Assembly (NCBI GenBank): GCA_012295275.1
Contig: CM022671.1
Span: 27,528,001-27,592,000, forward strand
Direction: 5' to 3'
DNA: 64,000 bases
Source: Chrysomallon squamiferum
Lineage: Eukaryota; Animalia; Mollusca
The position numbers and the translations under genes are program-made. Every line of letters begins with the position of its first letter. Position 1 is the stretch's first letter. Below, one piece after another: positions 52,279 to 63,186 of the stretch. The notes under the pieces were generated by a model. It ran no database searches. It was not told where the DNA came from and saw only the letters and a program-made list of their open reading frames with translations.

Positions 52279-55200
52279 CTGGGAAAAAATAATTTAAAAA
52301 ACAATGAGTGTAACAAGTTTAAATGATTCTGCTTTAATAATTAAAATAATCCTTTCTTAATTTTCACAATATATATATATATATACATACACAAATACAG
52401 CCAAAAAAAGAAAAAAAAAAAAGAAAAGAAAAACACCTACACTGTCACACAACAATACTTTAATATAAATGATGGTGTTACCTGGAAGCCAGCTTCCTGC
52501 ACTTCATGTGCCCTAATAACATGAGACAGACCATTCCTTTCAAGGAAGGAGAACAAAGCATCACAGCTGAAGAAGTTGGCAGTACCCCGTCTTGTGTTGA
52601 AAATAAAACCATTCCTCTTTTTCAGATCATTAATCACTTCTGGTGTCAACATGTCCAGACTAAAAACAAAACAAATCTCAACATCAAAAAAACAACTAAA
52701 TAAATAATAATCTTTTGAACACTGTCCTCCAAGTCATCCCTAAAACCCCTATAAGTTTAACCTGAGCTTCCAAACAAAAATTACTGTCAAAATTCAAAGA
52801 ATTTTCTCACTGGAGAAAGATAATCTGGAATATTCTTGGAGCCTTAAATCAGTCTGCTGTAGATATAGTCATGTATATATTTGAGAAACCTAACTGGTAC
52901 CAAATTTATGAGTTGGGTCATACCTCCTTCACAAACACATATATTTTTTCTAACTTTTTGCTTTTCTTATAAACAAAATATACTGCCATTCATTAACAAC
53001 AAAAATAAGAAAAATGTTAATAAAAAAATATATTACCTGACAGGATCACTCCAAAGTATTTCCCATGCTAGGTGACTCTGTGTTTCTGGATCAGGTAAAG
53101 GGACTGGTATATTGTTGATCTCCTCAATTGTTCCATTTCCATGGTATGGACTTGGAATTCCACCATGAACACAGAACACCTTTAATTAGATTATAAATTC
53201 TCTAATAATTATTTTTAAATACCTAATGGTTTTGTAAAATGAAAAAAAAGAAGAAAAAGAAGAAGAAAATTAAATGATATATAAAATATATAAATAAAAT
53301 AAAAAGAATAGAATTTTTTTATGAATTTCATCATTTTGTTAAATATTTAAAAGAGGAATTTAAAAAAATATCATAAACACATTTTCACAAAATTAAAACA
53401 ATGCAAATTGAGAATAATCAATTAAATCTTTTAGATTCAAACTAATGTATGTGTGTGTATATATATATTGATGATATAAAATAGAAAGGGAAAAAAACAT
53501 CAAGCAGAATTTCAATTTAATTAAACAAAAATCGTAATTAAGAGATAATTAACAAATTGTAATTTAATATTTAGAAATTATTAAATATTTACCCTATCAT
53601 CTACTGTAGCTGCAATAGGCATGACATCAAAACAATCATTGACTGCATCCCATACCTGCTTACCAGTTGTGTCTCCGAACTTCTTCAAACACTGACTGTA
53701 TATAAAACAAATAGCAGGCAGGCTTAAGAATATTTAAAAGTTAAAATCAGCCTTAACTTTACAATTTAATTTTGTAGTCACAAATGGTTAGCTTTGCTTT
53801 CTAATGCTGACTATTTTTTAAATTATTAATCTGTGTTAACTGTATTTTTAAGTGAGTAAACATTTCAGATTTATAACTTGTTGTAGAACAATAATTTTTC
53901 TGAAAATTCTAATTTAAAAAGTAATAGGAATGAAGTTTCAAAGACCTTATTTTATTTACAGAATAATAATAATACCTATCTTATTATCTTTTACAGTGAA
54001 ATTAACTTACGTTTTAAAATGGAACATTTCTTGCACAGATCTTAGCTCATGGTTTCCCCGTAAAAGAAAAAATTTGGTTGGTGATAACAGTTTTTGTGCT
54101 AACAAATAAGAAACAACCTAAAAAAAAAAAATAATAAAAAAAAATAAATGCATATACCTGGTTTCTTCTTAAAAACCAAAATTACAAAACCTTAAATAGT
54201 TGATATCAAAACTTTATCTTGTGTCTATGTTTTAAATAAAACAAATAGAACTCATTTTTTCAGTTTTACCAAAACATATTCTTTAAAAAAAATTAAAATA
54301 AATAAAATTAAAAAAAACCCTACAATGAACACAAAAAAAAAAATTTAAACTGATATATGTTCACCTAAAATGTTTTTTCTGAAAAAAAAAAAAAATGTTC
54401 AAAGTTGGGAACGTGAATAGCAATTGAAAATCTAATAACAACATGCAAAATTTTATAATTTTCCATAATGCCATACATTATTCAGTTGACTCACACAAAC
54501 ACACAAACAAAATTAAATTTGCAAAGTAAAATGACAAGAAAACCTATTTACTTCAACACCAAATTCTCCTCTGTCCACATAATCTCCTAGGAAAAGGAAA
54601 GAGGCAGGAGTAAGCAATGGCCCCATTCGCCACAGAGCTTTCTCAAAGCAAACAAGATCCTCAAAGTTTCCGTGGATATCACCTAAAATTGTACTGCACA
54701 TTTAATACAGTTACAAGCAGTGTTTTAGTAAGAAGATATTCATTTGTTTATTTCTGATTCTCAGTAGCATATCAAAGGAAATTTGTGTCATGCTGAATTT
54801 ATAAAAATTATGAATTGTTTTCTATTTTATAGTAATAATTCAGAAAACATCTAATTAGGCACTACTTTGCTGTGATATATTTTAAGTCATAGAGGGTTTT
54901 TTTTGTTTTTTTTATCTAATTTGTAATTTCTAGGTTGAAATATTAAGATTGTTTTTCTTAGTAAAATAAACAATTAAAATCTTTTAACATATCCAATATA
55001 AACCTCTAATATATTTATTTTATAAATTCTGTAAAACATTTTATAAGATTAAAGCTTTTTAAACAATTTATGTCAGATTACCAAATAATGTATAAAAGTT
55101 TAGCTGAGATATATATATATATATATATGTGTACACACACACGCACAATATCCAAAAAAAATTAAAAAATCGTCATACACCCAGTATCACAACTATGCAA

Positions 55201-56815
55201 TCTCTTTATTAGTTTTGTTTTTTTATGCCTCCTTTTTGGGGCAGGTGGGGGTTAAAAATAATTTAAATGTATAAAATGACATTAAACTAAAAGGTCAAAT
55301 ATGAGAACTTTTTTTTTTTTCTTTTTTTTATTACAGGTTTACTGCATTATTAGCAAATACACCAAAATTGAAACCACCTCAAAAAAAAAAAAATAATACG
55401 TAAGCATATATTGGTCTGCACTGTAGTGTATATTAAGATTCTTGGATTACCTAAAATATAGAGTGGAGATTTCAGTTTGAGAAGTCGTGGTTCTTTTTTC
55501 AGACAATCTTTTGCAAACTGACAAATGGTCAAAAGACATTTTGCCAATGCATTAAGATCTACCTGCCCCCAGCTGAAAGCTTCCTGTAAGAAAAAACATC
55601 AAAATGTTTTAATGTTTACTTGAAAACCAATTACTAAAAATTTGATAACCATTAATTTTTACTTTCCACAAAGCAGTAGTTCTACAGTTATGCAGAGCTA
55701 TATTTATTAATTTAGTGTGATATATGTTACACTTTTATATATATTTATAATCTGTTACTGTTTAGGGATGACACAAATAATGATTCATCTGTATATAATT
55801 CATACTAAAAAGAAATTATTATGCAAGCTAATCTGTAACGAAATGATAATGTTCTAAAAAGAAGCCTTATAATTTATACATTTTAGGAAATCTGTCATCA
55901 TCCACAGATTGATATGTTTGTTTATGGAAACTATATATATATATATACCTTTGATACACTGCCATTCTCACCCTTGAGGGATCTCTCAAAGTATCTCAGA
56001 CCAGTTAACATTTCATTTGGATGAGATCTCTAAAATAAATGTTAAATTTTTTTTTTTTTTAAAACCATGCAATTAAAATTAACATAGCATATATGCATGT
56101 ATGTTCACATACATATACATGCTCATTAAAACATACACACACACATATTTGTGTATGTAAATTCTTTAAAGATTGGGAACTGAAGAGATGACAAATTAAA
56201 ACAATGACTTTAATCAAAAGTACAAGAAATATATATATTTACCTGATTAAAAGAATCTATTGATGGCATGCGATGAAACCTGGAAATTTCTCCTTCCAAA
56301 TGATGAACAGCACTGCCACTAACTGCATTTGTTCCTGAAAAAAAAGAATTCTCTTCTTTTTTTTTTAAATGATCAGAAAAACTTCAAAAAAGGTCAACAA
56401 GAGAAACCTTACAAGAAATTTACACACAACTCTAAATGATGATTTACAAAAAAATATGAATTCATTGCAGATATGCATCTTTAGAAAATCAATTGCAGAT
56501 GTGAACATTTCAAGAAACAGTTGTAAAGAAAATGTTAGGCAGTTTAAAATATTTTTATCAGTAAAATAATACATTCTAGTTCTAACAGCTGAACAACAAC
56601 CTTGTAACTCCCACAGTGCCATTACGTCTGCAAGAGTTCCTGTTCTTCTCACTTTCACTGTGTGTGTGGCTAATTCATATTTAGGTCTAGCAGCTGCATC
56701 CTGTTTCGCTGATACCAAGGGCAATCCTTCAGGTTGTTTGAAAACTGAATCATCTAAAGGGAAGAAACAAACAAAAAAATAAAAAAATAATAATATAATA
56801 ATAATAATAACAATC

Positions 56816-56865
<50 letters not shown>

Positions 56866-59800
56866 GTAATATATAAACAACAGATTCACTGTGTCTTCTC
56901 AGTTTTGGTGACTAGTCAAAGTTGTTTCCAAATACTGATCTACTTGTTTTCTTACCAATGCATACAGCCTGACAACAGACAGTATTATAACATAGCATAT
57001 TAGCTCAAAATTTAAAAATTGGCCAGCTAAATAAATGACCAATTGCTGACAATCATAAACTTCATATCTTAACTGCCTAAACTGAAAGCAATTCTAAATT
57101 TGAAAGTATTAAGCCATAACTGAAAATCAAAGAACTGCCATATTCATTAATATATAATTATACTTAAGTTAATACATATTTGAGTTCATGTAGCATTACA
57201 TAATTGTAATAATAATAACAATAACAATAAGAATATTAATAATAATAATAATGTCAACAATTGTAATCAAAACAAAAGCATGACTTTATCTATATTAACC
57301 AGTTTAACAGATAAATCTAAATACCTATATTTGTTTTTTTGGATTCTATTAACTTGGGTCTACTCTTCTTATTTGGTGGTTCCTCTGCCTCACTCTCAAG
57401 TTTTGTAATCAGTGCACTTTAAAACAATATTTTATCACACTGACAGAAATTCATTATAATTCTTTTAATACATAAAAAAACATTTAAATAAAAGATCTCA
57501 GTGTATATATATTTTAGTTATAATAATTAGTTTAAAAAAAAGCATTATATTTATATCTCAGCAGTATATAAGAACTACTTAGGTATAAATATAATGCTTT
57601 TTCTAATAAATATATAAATTTACTGCACTAAACAGTGATATTAGCTCTGTAGTTTGTGAATATCCAGTGTATACATGTTGACAGTGCAATTCAGAAACTG
57701 GAAGTGATGTGCATATAATTATCTATAATTTAGTGAACACAGAAATCAATGATACAAATATTTATGCATCTAAAACATACTGTAAGTCATTTAACTGCTG
57801 TTATTTTCTACTTATATACAAGACAAATATGTAAATTACTTTTTCACATTTGACAGACATGATCTTGGCAACCGCAACAACACTGACGTGCCTCTAAACT
57901 TGAGCTGACCAACAGCAATGAGGAATTCAGCTAGGGGTAATTTGTTTCTGTCTGGAATGTCAAACAGTCTGAGGAAAAAATATTGACATTAATCTTCAGT
58001 CAATATACACTGCATTACCTGTTTAAAAACTCTTGCTAAAAACACTGACTTTTAAAAAGAAAAAGATGTTTATTTTTAGTAGGTGATATTAGATCTTATT
58101 TATGATGAATCAAGATTTCCCACAGGAATGATTTTTCTGAAGGAAATTTTAGCAACTCTGAAAAAGTTATTATTAGAAGAATTTTTATTGTTAGTTTTGT
58201 AGAACAAATGCAGCAAAAATTTTAAAACAACTTACTTGATACTAGCTGTGGCATCAGCATTGACAGAAGACTCATCTGTTGGCAAACCTTTTAACTTACG
58301 AACATCTGCAACCAATTTCCTGAATACAAAGCACACACAACAACCATTTAGTAAATGATTCTTCGTTTGATAATTTACTGTTATGAATAGTGTATATGTG
58401 TATGTGTATAGAGAGAGAGAAAGATAGAGATATGCAAATATATATACACATTAGAAAAATGTTAACAAGATGTATACATAAATGTATAAATAATATAAAA
58501 ATCAGTAACATGACTGTCTTCTGGGATTTACCTAAATTCTTCAAAGTTCAGATGTCCATTACTGTGTGCATCATAATATCGAAATATGTATCGACATCTT
58601 GATTCTGCAGGCATACCCCCATGCTGTGTACATGGCTCCATGGCAGCCAGACCAATTAGAACATCATGGAAATTCAGAAATCTTCTTTTATGTACATCAA
58701 ATGATCTGAAACGATTATCAGATTATGATCAATGGAAATTTATGTTTTAACCTGTAATATTAAGGAAAGAACTATTTTTTTTTAACTGTTAATGTGTCCA
58801 ACCACTATATATTACATAAACACATCCATGTTTTAGATTGTTTCTGCAGTAGACATGTTCAGACCAAACATGAATGGAAAAGCAGAAATAAAAATATTAA
58901 TAAATACAGGATTATTAATAAAATAACAAGCACAAAGAGATGCATAGCGGTTATTTTCCTTTCTTTTGTGAAATTGTTTGAACTAATTTTCTTTATTTCT
59001 TTATTTCTTTTTTAATAACAGCAAGAATAACTGATAAAACAGTGTGAAACTTTCTCATTTTTCCGTAATATTTTTATCATCAGTGAAAAAACTGCTGTCT
59101 GGAAAAGACAGGCATAAAACAAATTGAAATGTAATACCTGAACAAAGCTTCATCAGATCCTTGGAAACCTTTCGATGCCATAAATGCAGAAAATACAGAT
59201 TTATTCATCATTGAAGTGGGGAAACAGAATGTGTAAAATTCCTGAAATAGCAGCTCCTGTTCTGTCAACAACAAAATTATTATTTTATATTATTATTTCT
59301 TTAAATTAGAAAAAAAAAAAAAAAAATGTATATATATATATACATATATAAAAACACACATAACTCACATAATTTATTCATACTCTGTATCTTTCATTCA
59401 GCCCAGATCAAGGTATTATGTCTAAACATTACAATATCATTTACATTTGTAAAACCACATCAACAACGTGGTGGAATAATGTTAACTGATCAATGGACTA
59501 ATGAAACAAGTGTTCATTTACTCACATTCACAAATAGTTAATAATGGAAACTGTTGAAACAAATATTTTATGTATTGATTAAAAACTACCAACCTTTTGG
59601 GCCTAACCTGGATGACTTAATTAAAGCATCTTGTGCAGATGATTCAGAGACTGGTTCGAGGTAATCAATAACAGTTTCTTTAAAGTCAGGCAGATTAGGA
59701 TTTCCTAAAAATAATATAGCTTTTTAAAAGATTTCAAAAAATGATCCTGTCTTTTTTTTTTTCCCAATTATAAATTCAAAAGATACATACATTGTACTGC

Positions 59801-60574
59801 TCATAAAGGAATATCTAAAATACAAATATGATTGTTTTCCTGTTTGTATTAGATACATGCTTGCAAAAATGTATTTAACTGCAATAAACAAACGATAGTA
59901 CCTTCTTCAATATGTTGAGTTATCATTACGGGTTCATTTCCCAGCAGCCCTTTTGAGGATCCAGGCTGCAGCATCTCTTTAATCTCTGATGCAGAAAGAT
60001 ACACCACACTTTTTCCTTGCTGTAACAAAGAAACAACAGAATGTTCACTATAAAAATAAAAATTAACAAACTGCCTGAAAAAAAATACATATATATATAT
60101 TTAAAAAATAATATAAAGTAATAAACACTAATGAATTACAAATAATGAATTAAATGTTATAAAATCAATCTTTTTTCTTCTTTTACTTTTATAAAGTAAC
60201 TTGACATGATTTTTTCATGGCATAAATGAAACAAATTTTCCTTTTATTATACATTTATAATTTATAGGAACAAGGACAATAGAATGATAAGTTTGGCAGC
60301 TATGAGTTTTGCAACATAAAGTTGGCAGGATCTTGCAGCTTTTCCCTTTTCTTCAAACTTCTTTCATTTTCACCACCATAATGACATGGTGCAACATTTT
60401 CTTCATCATCTACAAGGCCATTTTTTTCAAAAAATACAAGTGCCTTCATCTTGTCACTGATCATTTTGTAAAAATCTTTAGCAGACATCTTAAGGTTTGC
60501 CTATTTAATCCATTTCCAATCCACGCTTGGTCAAATCTGTTGTATTACTTTACCTGCCTGCTATAAACTGACAT
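52153..60574 (-). CDS. PPP-family Ser/Thr protein phosphatase with N-terminal EF-hand (NCS/calcineurin-B-like) module; at least 18 exons, ~700 aa
   Basis: Exons 5' to 3' on -: [60574-60554 tentative], 60019-59902, 59704-59594, 59261-59138, 58705-58532, 58319-58236, 57968-57840, 57416-57325, 56753-56601, 56334-56243, 56029-55949, 55583-55451, 54682-54552, 54117-54011, 53695-53593, 53179-53037, 52659-52482, 52278-52153. All GT-AG and in phase; the 17 firm exons total 2079 nt. Motifs: [38 protein letters not shown]; EF loop [14 protein letters not shown]. Confidence 0.93.
52482..52659 (-). CDS. Phosphatase exon ([11 protein letters not shown]...[13 protein letters not shown])
   Basis: PPP RG and RAHE motifs; GT-AG. 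Confidence 0.95.
53037..53179 (-). CDS. Phosphatase exon (VFCVHGGIP...EILWSDPV)
   Basis: PPP HGG and WSDP motifs. Confidence 0.95.
53593..53695 (-). CDS. Phosphatase exon (QCLKKFG...[13 protein letters not shown])
   Basis: PPP F..MP.AA motif; phases fit. Confidence 0.94.
54011..54117 (-). CDS. Phosphatase exon (VVSYLLAQK...LLRGNHE)
   Basis: RGNHE motif. Confidence 0.95.
54552..54682 (-). CDS. Phosphatase exon (DIHGNFEDL...[13 protein letters not shown])
   Basis: GDxHG and GDxVDRG metal-binding motifs. Confidence 0.96.
55451..55583 (-). CDS. Phosphatase exon (EAFSWG...[14 protein letters not shown])
   Basis: Start of the PPP catalytic domain (EP.LL.L..P). Confidence 0.93.
55949..56029 (-). 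CDS. Phosphatase linker exon ([27 protein letters not shown])
   Basis: Phase 0-0, GT-AG. Confidence 0.85.
56243..56334 (-). CDS. Phosphatase linker exon (...[13 protein letters not shown])
   Basis: Phase 1-0, GT-AG. Confidence 0.85.
56601..56753 (-). CDS. Phosphatase linker exon (...[27 protein letters not shown])
   Basis: Phase 1-1, GT-AG; lies within ORF 56365-56889. Confidence 0.85.
57325..57416 (-). CDS. Phosphatase linker exon ([30 protein letters not shown])
   Basis: Phase 2-1, which is needed to join the flanking exons in frame. Confidence 0.75.
57840..57968 (-). CDS. Phosphatase exon, EF-hand 4-like ([33 protein letters not shown])
   Basis: Phase 2-2, GT-AG. Confidence 0.88.
58236..58319 (-). 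CDS. Phosphatase exon ([16 protein letters not shown]...)
   Basis: Phase 2-2; donor gtaagt. Confidence 0.88.
58532..58705 (-). CDS. Phosphatase exon, EF-hands 2-3 ([16 protein letters not shown]...[18 protein letters not shown])
   Basis: EF-hand loop pattern D-x-x-x-N-G-x-L-x-x-x-E. Confidence 0.92.
59138..59261 (-). CDS. Phosphatase exon, degenerate EF-hand 1 ([27 protein letters not shown]...ALF)
   Basis: Phase 1-2; resembles the non-binding EF1 of NCS proteins. Confidence 0.88.
59594..59704 (-). CDS. Phosphatase N-terminal exon ([17 protein letters not shown]...RLGPK)
   Basis: Phase 1-1, GT-AG. Confidence 0.83.
59902..60019 (-). CDS. Phosphatase N-terminal exon ([17 protein letters not shown]...QHIEE)
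   Basis: Phase 0-1, GT-AG. Confidence 0.8.
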
Positions 60575-60801
60575 TTAATTATCCTTTCTTGTCACACTTT
60601 TATCTTGTCGAAATTTCCTAGATATTTTTTTTGGCTCTAGATCGCCCTTTAAGTTGTAGATCACATGCCAAAGTAGCACAAACAAATAAATATTTGTTTT
60701 TATATTCTCTTTTTTAAGTTATGTTGATAGTATAATCTGATTATTTAAGCAGTGGAAAATTTTAATTTTCATAAGCTAAAATGTATAGTGTGTAGACTCA
60801 C

Positions 60802-60921
60802 GTGATCATCATATGCAACTGGATTAGACAGAAATAATAGATGCATGATGTGTTCATTTTTGGGAAATCGTATAAGATGTGTACTCAACAGCCTTTTGAT
60901 GCCTGGTTTCTGGTTAGTTAT
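60802..60921 (-). CDS. Candidate upstream exon of the phosphatase (ITNQKPGIKRLL...MHLLFLSNPVAYDDH); may instead be 5'UTR
   Basis: Pyrimidine tract plus CAG acceptor, gtgagt donor, 120 nt open in phase 0-0; competes with the MSVYSRQ|gtaaag exon at 60574-60554. Confidence 0.5.
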
Positions 60922-61496
60922 CTGCAAAATAAATAAATAAATAAATAAAATATGATAAAAATAAAATAAAATAAAATAAAATAAAATAATAAAGAACAGT
61001 GATATTCAAAACACCTATATGGCTATTCACACAAAAATCAAAATTCTTGGTTGAAAATAAACATGCATACAGTTTACATTTGTATTTTCAAACTAAGAAA
61101 TAAATTTGTCTTATATCACATCCACCAATTTATCAGTCATAAATATTAAATTTATAATGCTACCATAATGGCCCAAAATAGCAATGTGAAAGCTACTGGA
61201 TTTTTATTATTTTAGCTAAAGCATGATGGTAAAAACTTTAATGCAGCCTTTCAGACAAACACTTTTTAATGCATATCAGCTCATGAATCCAGAGTTAATA
61301 TAAGATAGCGGATACTCACACATAAGTGATATTTAGTGAATTGCTATAATCTACAAAAAGCACATTTACAATATCTTTCCCATCAAATGATTCAAATGGA
61401 TTAACATAATTATTATAACACAATATAAGTTATTTCTGAATCTCCCATATTTTATATGTATTTGTATGTAAAGTTTATTCATTCATTTATTTAAGT

Positions 61497-61540
<44 letters not shown>

Positions 61541-61599
61541 ATAACATCTGAAATAAACATTTTTAAATTACAACAAATTTGGAAAAGATTTCTAACATT

Positions 61600-62670
61600 A
61601 GCTAAAATAAGATTATAACATCTTGCCGTTATCATAAATCATGCTTAAATTCTTAGTTTGTCCTCTCATCTCTCGCACACAAGACTTTCAATCCAAAACT
61701 TCAGCACAGCATTACGTAATCATGGTAATACTTGAATGGGACGTAATTTAGGTTAGAAAATATTTATTTATAAATCGATTATTGATACATTATATGTGTT
61801 TATAGTATGTTGACCGTTTACCGATTTACTTAAAAAATGCATAATATTAATTAAAGCATTTGAAACTATCATAAACATTTATTTCAACTTTTTAACATGT
61901 TTAATTTAAAGCACCTGCTCCACTAATTTTTCCGCAATTTGCTTTAGCGTTCCACCATTTGATTTCTGCACTGTCGGAAACCATAATCCACGGTTATCTA
62001 TATTAACCAGATGAAATCTTGAATCAATACGTCTGGGAATTACAACACTAACAAATTCCGAACTTTCTGACATTTTCAAACAAACATTACAAAAGTAACT
62101 TAAAAATCCTTCGCATTCTAAATGTACACCAACTGCGGGACTATTTTACGCGATGCACTTTTGTTATCGGTATTATGAAAGTTTTATAAAAATAAATCAT
62201 TTGTTTACAGAAATATTTCCTATTATTTAAATAATTTCTAGTCAAAATAATATTTACAGGGTTACAATGATGTTAATTAGAAATATTTTATTAAAGATAT
62301 TGCCTTTCGTTAATTATGCCATTGAGGTCACTGGGGTTATATTCCAAGTATAGTAATCCACGTGAGGACAGTTTGTAAGGAAGTTTTGACTACCTTTCAA
62401 TGGTATTTGAAGTAGATAATTACAGTAAACTGGATGTTAATGTAAATGAAATACTTTGAAATAGTTTTGTTTGTTTTTAATTTCTTGTTCTAATAAAACC
62501 TAAAACAAAACATATAAATAAAACTCAGTATTTCTGAGTATAGGTGATCCATTGATCGTAGTACTCAGTACTGAGTACTGATTCAGACTTGCTAGACTCA
62601 AGCAGCTATTAAGTCTGTTGCCATTGCTCAGTTGGAACTCATTCATTCGAACTCAGACGCAGGGTATTTA
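61600..62670. promoter_or_regulatory. Probable bidirectional promoter between the phosphatase (-) and ZNHIT3 (+)
   Basis: Head-to-head genes ~2.5 kb apart; CpGs reappear here after the CpG-poor gene body; candidate 5'UTR donor near 62663 and acceptor ttcag at 63181. Confidence 0.5.
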
Positions 62671-62684
62671 CATTTCATGATATA

Positions 62685-62718
<34 letters not shown>

Positions 62719-63186
62719 TGTAGCATAATTTGATTTTAATTTCATTGGTTTATTTGAAACAATCGATAAAGCTGAATTTTTAAAAATATCGTTTAAACAT
62801 TTCGTAACACATATTAACATCATGTTGCGCAAGGAATACATATTTTGCTATTTCCTTATTTATTTTCAGAATAATTTATATATTTGTAAGACACATTAAA
62901 TGTAATTTTTATTAACAATAGGAAATGACTATGGATAGCCTGTGAACTAGTTCAAGATAAATGTTGATGGCTTAGTGCTAGTAACTGTTACTGTTAAATA
63001 TATTGTAGTACAGATAAACACCTTGAATATTAAAAGAAACAATTTAGATAAAGTGCGTTCGCGAAATTAATTTTTGTGCTACTTTAGACTGAATAGGTTA
63101 GCATAAAAAATAATAGAATAGGTTAACATTACTTCAGTTTAGTTATTGCATTGAAAGGTCATTTATTTTATTTATTTTCAGCAAAC

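Noticed and set aside
52153-60574. Calling the phosphatase PPEF/RdgC, calcineurin A, PP1 or BSU1
   Set aside because: EF-hands are N-terminal rather than C-terminal; there is no IQ motif, CnB/CaM-binding tail, kelch repeats or SAPNY, so no gene symbol was assigned.
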